From a bacterium (GTDB lineage: Bacteria > Hinthialibacterota > Hinthialibacteria > Hinthialibacterales > Hinthialibacteraceae), in assembly GCA_041946805.1 (NCBI GenBank), contig JBHGBC010000155.1:1-14682 (forward strand): a stretch of 14,682 bases of DNA. Direction: 5' to 3'. Position numbers and translations under genes: made by a program. This document shows, piece by piece, positions 8,963 to 14,682 of the stretch. The first letter of the stretch is position 1. Each line of letters begins with the position of its first letter. The notes beneath the pieces were generated by a model. It did no database searches and was not told the origin of the DNA. It saw only the letters and a list, made by a program, of their open reading frames with translations.

Positions 8963-9023
8963 ATGAGGGCATTCATTTACCCGATTGCACAGTTATAGAG
9001 GATGAATTGCGCTTTTCCACGGC

Positions 9024-9058
9024 TTCCTTCACCCTGACCCTCTCCCGGGGGGAGGGAA
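9024..9058 (+). repeat. BoxC-like palindromic repeat, copy 2
   Basis: TTCCTTCACCCTGACCCTCTCCCGGGGGGAGGGAA shares its first 13 nt with the copy at 7689. Confidence 0.65.
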
Positions 9059-9444
9059 TCATTTTTCGTTCCCATCGAAACTCTAACCACGAATAACGCA
9101 CTGAGAAAGATCTGCATTCGAGTCAATAGTTACCTTCCAGGATCGTGCGGCGGAACAGGGCGGGCCATCCCGTTTCGAGCCATTCCTTGCGCTAGGGGCC
9201 CAGGAATTCAAAGGGATCGGCAAGAGGTCTTGCTGGAGAGGAACGATGCGGTGCATGACACAACCTTAGGCATTGATATGGTTTAAGTTAAATATCGTTC
9301 AGCCAGATAGTTTGGTCGAGTAAAAACTGCTCTTTTCAACCTATTTTTCCGTAGAATAAGGGAGACTTTTTGCCAGGGCATCTTTGATGATTTAGCAATT
9401 TCAAAAATATTATCAAACAAGGGCTTATCCAAAAAAAGAATGGC

Positions 9445-9615
9445 ATGTATTCTACCATCACGAAACGCGGATTCCCCATCGCGCGGTTGATTCCCGTATC
9501 TCCGGCATCTCCCGATCGTGTCCGCCAGCCCTTCCGTGAATTGGAAAAATTAAGCGATAAAAACTCATTCGAAGGCTTGTAAGTGCGGGATTTGATTGAT
9601 GAAGAGCGGCAGTAA
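9445..9615 (+). pseudogene. Phd/YefM-family antitoxin relic
   Basis: Frame 1 reads MYSTITKRGFPIARLIPVSPASPDRVRQPFRELEKLSDKNSFEGL*VRDLIDEERQ*. ITKRGxPIARLIP is the Phd/YefM core. There is an internal TAA at 9580-9582, and the normal N-terminus is not recognisable. Confidence 0.75.
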
Positions 9616-9759
9616 GGGAAGGAGTGATTCTGGATTGTTCCATGACCATGGCGTCGTGTTTCAATTCGCCGAGATTGGCCCTTGGCATCTCGGGACGAAA
9701 AATTAAAACAAGCCGCACATAAGATGAATATCCTGTGGGAAGGAAACAGGATTGAATAG
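9615..9759 (+). pseudogene. vapC: VapC (PIN-domain) toxin relic with a large internal deletion
   Basis: An N-terminal piece EGVILDCSMTMASCF (9618-9662) is joined out of frame to a C-terminal piece IRRDWPLASRDEKLKQAAHKMNI (from 9664, stop 9757-9759). Both resemble the ends of VapC proteins. Confidence 0.7.
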
Positions 9760-9822
9760 ATTGAGTTTCGCTGATCCATCAACCCATATTTTTCATCGTC
9801 CCACTCGCGAAAGGTTCTCCCC

Positions 9823-10362
9823 ATGCGCACGCAGCCGCTCACCCTCCTGGAACTGATCCGCAAAACCATCGTGGTTCACACGGTCACGTATTTCGTCCTG
9901 GGCTTGGCCGCGTATCTGGTTTTCGATTATCAAACCAAGTTCGCCGATCCCCGGTACGCGGGCATAATCCGTCCCCTGAACCATCCCCTGGTGATGGCCG
10001 GCCCGCTCTTTCAACCCATCCGGGGACTCTTGTTCGCCCTGGCCCTCTTCCCGTTGCGGGACACGATTTTCGGCCGGAAACGCGGGTGGCTGGTTCTGTG
10101 GTGGCTCTTCCTGGTGTTCGGCATCCTCAACACCTTCGGCCCGTCGCCCTGCTCGATCGAGGGCATGATCTACTCCCCCCTCCCCTTCCTGGACCACATC
10201 ACCGGGCTGCCCGAAACCGTGCTGCAGTCGCTGGCGATGTCCCTGCTCCTCTGTTATTGGGTGGATTCTCCGGAAAAAAGACGCCTAAGCGGGATACTCT
10301 ACTTCGCCTTCGTCCTCGTCCTGCTGCTGCCCATCCTCGGCCTGCTAAGCCGGGGGGATTGA
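9823..10362 (+). CDS. Integral membrane protein of unknown function (179 aa, about 5 TM segments)
   Basis: Host-like GC3-rich codon usage and several hydrophobic helices. Motif-like stretches: HTVTYF, AGPLFQPIRG, PCSIEGMIY, GLPE. Confidence 0.8.
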   Translation: MRTQPLTLLELIRKTIVVHTVTYFVLGLAAYLVFDYQTKFADPRYAGIIRPLNHPLVMAGPLFQPIRGLLFALALFPLRDTIFGRKRGWLVLWWLFLVFGILNTFGPSPCSIEGMIYSPLPFLDHITGLPETVLQSLAMSLLLCYWVDSPEKRRLSGILYFAFVLVLLLPILGLLSRGD

Positions 10363-10451
10363 TCCGGGCTCGTCCCCGGCAAAAATCCGGGGTGGACAGC
10401 CCGTGTTGAGCCATCCACCCGGTGGATCGTTTTGATTCTTGAAAACGGAGC

Positions 10452-11489
10452 TCAGTACACCGCCCAGTTCGAGATCCGGGTCGCTACGCCCGTGACCGAA
10501 CGCGAGGCGTAATCCTTCCCTACCTCCTCGGTGGTCGGCTCACCCAGAAACAGGTCAAACGTGGCGTAATCAGTCAGCTCCACCCCGTTCGCGTACGCGA
10601 TCGTGTCCGGATCCCACCAATCTGAATTGGTCCATCCCCAATGCCCGATGTTGCCCGAACCGCGCACCGGCATGTCGGTCAGCAAGAGATATTTCCCCTC
10701 GGGTTGGGGCGCGGTCAATATCAACTCGCCGTTGGCGTTGTCGGAATGATTCGAGATGGTCTGTTCGGCGATGGCACTCTGGGCGGCCGTCGTATCGTAG
10801 TCGGTGTTCCATTTATACAGGCGGAGCCGGTAACCGGCGCCGTATCCGTTCCAGGTCGGGCTGGCAAAGGCCACCGCTTGAAACGGGCTGGCCGCGACAA
10901 AACTTTGGGCCAACGTCGAATCGTCGCCTTCTGGAAACGGGAAAGGAGTCCAAGTCCCGGATTGCGATGATCCATACTGCCGCACCCAATTAACGGAAAC
11001 TTCGCCGTAGGGCACGCCATTGAAATAGGCTTCGCCCCCCTTGTATTTGCTTCCGTTATACAGCCAGCAGCCGATCTGGTAGGGATCTACCGCGTCCGGA
11101 TTGGAGTTGGTCGGCTCCGAGGCTTCCCACAGATACTCGCCGGGCGCCAGTTCCGATCCGGCGGCGCACAGGAACCAGTCATTGTCATTGAGATCAACCA
11201 GCACGCTGACGGCCAGGGGTTTCTGAGCGACCGTGGAGGCGTAACTGCCAGCCCATTTGTACAGGCGGATGGTCATGCCCTTTTCGCCGCTCACGCTCCA
11301 GGTGGGGCCGTTGACCTGAATCCCCTCGAAAGGCAGGGTAGCCGTAAACCGCTGAGCGCATTTCTGCCCGCCGTTGAGGGTGATGGGCGAATTTCCGCCA
11401 TCCGGAGTGTAAAAATCTTCTACGATTTCTTGACCGAATCCAGTCAAGGCACACAAGCAAAATACGGTGATGGTACCAAAACGTCTCAT
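10452..11489 (-). CDS. Secreted protein with two homologous beta-sandwich-like repeats (345 aa)
   Basis: An AAGGAG RBS precedes ATG 11489, preferred over 11564. Signal peptide MRRFGTITVFCLCALTGFG|Q. Internal duplication AQxF.A..PF......PTW...RLYKW...Y..T.AQ...G.YL...IG.W...AY.NG. Ends TGVATRISNWAVY. Confidence 0.85.
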   Translation of the reverse strand: MRRFGTITVFCLCALTGFGQEIVEDFYTPDGGNSPITLNGGQKCAQRFTATLPFEGIQVNGPTWSVSGEKGMTIRLYKWAGSYASTVAQKPLAVSVLVDLNDNDWFLCAAGSELAPGEYLWEASEPTNSNPDAVDPYQIGCWLYNGSKYKGGEAYFNGVPYGEVSVNWVRQYGSSQSGTWTPFPFPEGDDSTLAQSFVAASPFQAVAFASPTWNGYGAGYRLRLYKWNTDYDTTAAQSAIAEQTISNHSDNANGELILTAPQPEGKYLLLTDMPVRGSGNIGHWGWTNSDWWDPDTIAYANGVELTDYATFDLFLGEPTTEEVGKDYASRSVTGVATRISNWAVY

Positions 11490-11600
11490 CGACTTCTCCT
11501 TCCTTTTCTCATTCGATTTCCATTTATGAATACGCCGGTCCCTTGACTTCGAATACCATAACAAAGGTAAGATCGAACATGCGCATCAAAATGGGAGTTA

Positions 11601-11630
11601 GTTGTACCGTAAGGGATGAAGCGGTGTCAA
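11601..11630 (-). promoter_or_regulatory. Possible sigma70 promoter for the 11489 gene
   Basis: TTGACA (11630-11625), an 18-nt spacer, then TACAAC on the minus strand. Confidence 0.35.
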
Positions 11631-11690
11631 GCCAGATCCTGTCTCTCCCCTGCCTTTTTTAACGATATCTCTTGGAATGAATAAATGGAT

Positions 11691-11717
11691 GTCATTCCCG
11701 CGAAAGCAGGAATCCAG
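11691..11717 (+). repeat. GTCATTCCCGCG..GGAATCCAG-type dispersed palindrome (dRS3-like)
   Basis: GTCATTCCCGCGAAAGCAGGAATCCAG matches the widespread ATTCCC-N8-GGGAAT type with one mismatch. It lies just past the NERD gene stop. Confidence 0.55.
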
Positions 11718-11755
11718 AACAGCGCCCAAAGAGATCCCGGATGGCCACATCCCGG

Positions 11756-12751
11756 TCACCCTTTAATGATCCAGTTCACGCAGCCCAGCGCGAATTCCGT
11801 GGGGGTCTCTTCGCCGGCGTGATGGAATTGGATTTGATCATCAGCCCGCACCTTCGTTTTAACCCCCGGATAACGCAAACGGCCTAGGGGGAATGATGTC
11901 ACCAAGGCCTTGATCAGGCCCCAGATCCGGTTACGCGTCCACGACAGGCGCAAAAGCGTCCCGGGCGCGAAATCCGTTATATTCAAGGCCCGCCCGCCGA
12001 GCGTCAGCTTCAACACATCGCCGGTCAGCACCTTGCCGCCATGCAATCCCACCTTGTCCCAAGTGCGCACGGTGGCGAACAGGTCCTGGACGGCCTGGAA
12101 ATCGCCCGACGGCATGGCGTGAAACAGGCGGTCGTTGAGGGCCTTGCCGGTCTCCGTGTCCAGGCATGTCTCGATGATGGACCGTGCGAACCGTTCCGCT
12201 AGCGTATTGCCCCGTTGCGCGGACAGATAGCCCTCCAGGCGGTCCCGGGTGATCACGTGCGGGTGGCTGACGATGACGGGATCCACCTGCAGCCGGGGAT
12301 TCATGAAGATCACCCGGTTCGAGAAATAGGACCGGTCCAGCTCGATTCCCTGGCTCCGCAGGAAATTCCGGACCACGTTGACCTTGGTCTGATTGTAGTC
12401 CACCAGGTTCGGGCCCTGGACCATTTCCCCATTGCGGCGGATCTGGATCCAATCCGCACCGCTGGCTTTCAACTCACCAGACCAGTTTTTGATTTCAAAC
12501 AAGTAAATCCGGTTGGGAGTCAAGACCACGAGGTCGATCTCGAACCGGCGGCCATGCTCTTTCGAGGGCAACCGTTTACCTAGATAACACGAGGCGTTCT
12601 TGTAGCGCACATGGGTGTCCACCAGTTCCAAGGCGAATTGCTCGGCTTCCCGCCCGGCGGTTGCCGCGGGATCCTCGAAGACCTTTTGAATTTTCCCGAG
12701 CCGATGCCATTCCCGCAGCCGTGGAATTCGTGAGCGCATGAAATTTCCCAT
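11756..12751 (-). CDS. NERD (nuclease-related domain) protein (331 aa)
   Basis: GREAE...FEIDLVVLTPNRIYLFEIKNWSG is the NERD/PD-(D/E)xK signature. GAGGAGG RBS. Confidence 0.85.
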   Translation of the reverse strand: MGNFMRSRIPRLREWHRLGKIQKVFEDPAATAGREAEQFALELVDTHVRYKNASCYLGKRLPSKEHGRRFEIDLVVLTPNRIYLFEIKNWSGELKASGADWIQIRRNGEMVQGPNLVDYNQTKVNVVRNFLRSQGIELDRSYFSNRVIFMNPRLQVDPVIVSHPHVITRDRLEGYLSAQRGNTLAERFARSIIETCLDTETGKALNDRLFHAMPSGDFQAVQDLFATVRTWDKVGLHGGKVLTGDVLKLTLGGRALNITDFAPGTLLRLSWTRNRIWGLIKALVTSFPLGRLRYPGVKTKVRADDQIQFHHAGEETPTEFALGCVNWIIKG

Positions 12752-12773
12752 GGGAATTCCCCCTCCTCACCCG

Positions 12774-13706
12774 TTAGGCCTTTTCCGCTTCGAATAAGGC
12801 CATGAAGAACAGCGGCAGCATGATTTCATGATGCCCCGTGAAGGCGAATCCCTGCCCTCCGCCCAGGATGGGGCGCTGGACCACGTTCACGTTGGGCCGG
12901 TAATGCTGGATCATATCGAAATTGGCGGTGGTGAAATGATGAATCGGCCCACAGAGGTTGCGGGCCACGGTCAACGCCTTGAGAAACACTTCAGGCAATA
13001 CCACGTTGGAGCCCGCGTTGACCACCACGCCTCCATCCCCGATGCCGGAAACCACATCACAGAACCGGTGGAAGTCGATCATGGAAGATTTGCCGATGGC
13101 CGCGCCGGAAGCCTCGGGATGATGGTGGATTACGTCGGCGCCCAGCGCCATATGGACGGTGACGGGCGTCCGGGTTTCGAAAGCGGCCGCCAGCAGGCTG
13201 AGATGCCGGTGAGGATACCCAGAGGCGGTCAGTTTTTCGCCCAAGTACTCGCCGATCCCCCGGTTCCGGTCCGCCGCTTCGCGGATCCAAAGGTTGAGCG
13301 TTTCGCCCGTCTCGCGGGTCATGCCGAAACTGCCGTCGAGCAGCGATTCGGCCACATCCTCCGAGGTCGTGCCGGCCAGGGCCAGCTCGAAATCATGGAC
13401 AATGCAAGCCCCGTTCAGGGCCAGGGCGGTGATGAACTTCCGGCGCAGGGCCTCGATGATCCAGGCGCTCAGGCCCACCTTGATGGAATGCGCGCCCATC
13501 ATGAACACCACCGGCTTGCCTTTTTGGCGGGCTTGGACCACCGCGTCCACCAGGCGGCGCAAATCCTGGACCTTCAGATGGCCGGGCAGCGCATCCCAGA
13601 AATCCCGGAACGAGGCGGGGGCGGCCGGCGGCGCGGGCGTGTCCTGCGCGTGGACCAGGCTCTTGCGGTCAAAAATCGAAGTCCGTTTCAATTGGGAAAA
13701 ATCCAT
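12774..13706 (-). CDS. Deoxyhypusine-synthase-like (DHS-like NAD-binding fold) conserved protein, GSU2086-like (310 aa)
   Basis: Motifs PVVFMMGAHSIKVGLS, ALNGACIVHDFE, EDV...L.DGSFGM, SLLAAA....PVTVH, GGVVVNAGSNVVLPEVFLKA, HYRP..NVV.RP and GHHEIMLP. Family recalled from motifs, not searched. Confidence 0.7.
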   Translation of the reverse strand: MDFSQLKRTSIFDRKSLVHAQDTPAPPAAPASFRDFWDALPGHLKVQDLRRLVDAVVQARQKGKPVVFMMGAHSIKVGLSAWIIEALRRKFITALALNGACIVHDFELALAGTTSEDVAESLLDGSFGMTRETGETLNLWIREAADRNRGIGEYLGEKLTASGYPHRHLSLLAAAFETRTPVTVHMALGADVIHHHPEASGAAIGKSSMIDFHRFCDVVSGIGDGGVVVNAGSNVVLPEVFLKALTVARNLCGPIHHFTTANFDMIQHYRPNVNVVQRPILGGGQGFAFTGHHEIMLPLFFMALFEAEKA

Positions 13707-13799
13707 GGCGGCGCTCCCTGTTCCGTACAGGATCCGGCAACCGGTTGGAATTGTGTGTCAGGATTTAGAATACCCGGCGCGGCGGCAGAAGGAAAGAAG

Positions 13800-13878
13800 G
13801 AGAATGCCAGGGAGAAATGTCAGGGGAAAGCGCCAGGGAATGTGACAGGTTGCATGCCAGGGGGAGAACGCCAGGGGG
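13800..13878 (+). repeat. Six degenerate tandem 12-14-bp units with core YGHCAGG(G)
   Basis: CAGG cores at 13808, 13821, 13834, 13846, 13858 and 13872 (spacings 13, 13, 12, 12, 14). Confidence 0.8.
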
Positions 13879-13910
13879 TTAACCCCATCAGCGTTAGATT
13901 AAATCCCACT

Positions 13911-14067
13911 ATGAGTATTTTTGTAGCCTGCATCACCCAGCGGGATATCCAAGGGAAAAGCGTCCGGATGACCATCGGCCGTCATGGCGTCTATACTCCC
14001 GAACCGGCCCGCAGGAAGCCCAGGAAATTCTTCTGCGTCTCAGCCTGGGGTAAATTCCCAAGAAAAA
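13911..14067 (+). pseudogene. Relic of a tyrosine-integrase N-terminal arm-DNA-binding domain (DUF4102/Arm-DNA-bind_3-like)
   Basis: Reads ITQRDIQGKSVRMTIGRHGVYTPEPAR, then after two single-base frameshifts EAQEILLRLSLG and VNSQEK. This fits the G+..R.TIG.hG..T.E.AR..A..ll.....G.nP pattern. Confidence 0.7.
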
Positions 14068-14597
14068 TATCCCCATTTATCGGTGAAGAGATCCTGTGCC
14101 GCAGGAATATATTCAATTGTAGTTGTGTTACTTAAAATATTTGCATCCGCCAATATAGAAGTGGAGCACTGGATTTCGAGGTGGAAATTAGGCTGCATAG
14201 CTGAATATACCGCTAGGCTCGCGCATACAAAAATGAGAGCATATAAACAAATTGCTTTCTTTTCTACAAATTATTGGTGCATTTAAATAAACAATTCTTC
14301 ATATTCATTCTTCTTCAATTATGTTATTTTTTTACCCCACAAGACCATTGGGAGCAAGCCTTTATTTCACCAATTTATCCTTGGTCATGATCTACTCTCT
14401 TCCCGTGGGCCGGTGGCAGCCCCCATGCCGCGGAGAGGATTGACCGCCTTTCTGATACGGATTGGCTTCTCAACGGCCGCTCTGCGCGGCCAGGCCGGCC
14501 ACCCTGGAAATTTAGCGGCCCGTTTCATCCACCATGAAGTGGATGCCGTCCATCATGATCCAGGCTCCATCTCGGAGACCGGAAATCCAATATCCCT

Positions 14598-14636
14598 AAA
14601 AGCCCAAAGGCCCCTGGAGATCCAGGGGCCTTTGGG
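14598..14636 (-). terminator. Terminator downstream of 5S rRNA
   Basis: Perfect 15-bp stem CCCAAAGGCCCCTGG / CCAGGGGCCTTTGGG with a 4-nt loop, followed by CTTTT on the minus strand. Confidence 0.85.
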
Positions 14637-14647
14637 ATTAGTTATTT

Positions 14648-14682
14648 CCCGGCGATGACCTACTCTCCCACCGGCTGTCGCC
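14648..14682 (-). rRNA. rrf: 5S rRNA, 3' end only (runs off the window)
   Basis: The minus strand reads ...GGTGGGAGAGTAGGTCATCGCCGGG, matching the conserved 5S 3' motif GGGAGAGTAGG.C..CGCC.GG. The terminator follows immediately. Confidence 0.88.

Noticed and set aside
7879..8976. Minus-strand ORFs of 365 and 274 aa
   Set aside because: They are shadows of the 7914-8888 gene, which has an RBS, signal peptide and terminator.
9266..9293. dif-like site (TTAAGTTAAAT is 10/11 to the XerD arm)
   Set aside because: The XerC arm (TTAGGCATTGA) is poor, and the match is plausible by chance in an AT-rich spacer.
9336..9869. 177-aa minus-strand ORF
   Set aside because: It is antisense to the toxin-antitoxin relic, overlaps the membrane gene start and has no motifs.
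13800..13878. CRISPR array
   Set aside because: The units are 12-14 bp, contiguous and have no spacers; no cas genes are present.
12828..14135. 435-aa + strand ORF
   Set aside because: It is mostly an antisense shadow of the DHS-like gene; only the 13911-14012 part looks meaningful (integrase relic).

Overview
Bacterial chromosomal window with a GC-rich core (about 60% by spot counts) and an AT-rich accessory left end. From left to right it holds: the 3' part of a gene with a DNRLRE-like domain end followed by a clan GH-A-like TIM barrel; two divergent, signal-peptide-bearing WD40 beta-propeller genes; lysS (minus strand); an orphan NtrC-family sigma54 response regulator; a secreted low-complexity Cys-cluster protein; a decayed Phd/YefM-VapC toxin-antitoxin pair; a membrane protein; a secreted two-repeat beta-sandwich protein; a DHS-like + NERD gene pair; a 13-bp degenerate tandem repeat; a frameshifted integrase arm-domain relic; and the terminator and 3' end of a 5S rRNA (minus strand). 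Several REP/boxC-like palindromes lie between genes. The main observation is an about 220-bp direct repeat (2655-2873 vs 4074-4290, period about 1.42 kb). It consists of the last 17 codons of each WD40 gene, a terminator hairpin and the 3' end of lysS. The WD40 bodies are highly divergent, yet their tails are 58/63 identical and the orphan lysS end is 50/53 identical to the real one. This suggests an integrase-less array of variable secreted WD40 cassettes, with a constant C-terminal tag, stacking at the lysS 3' end. All family assignments are by eye from motifs; no searches were run.
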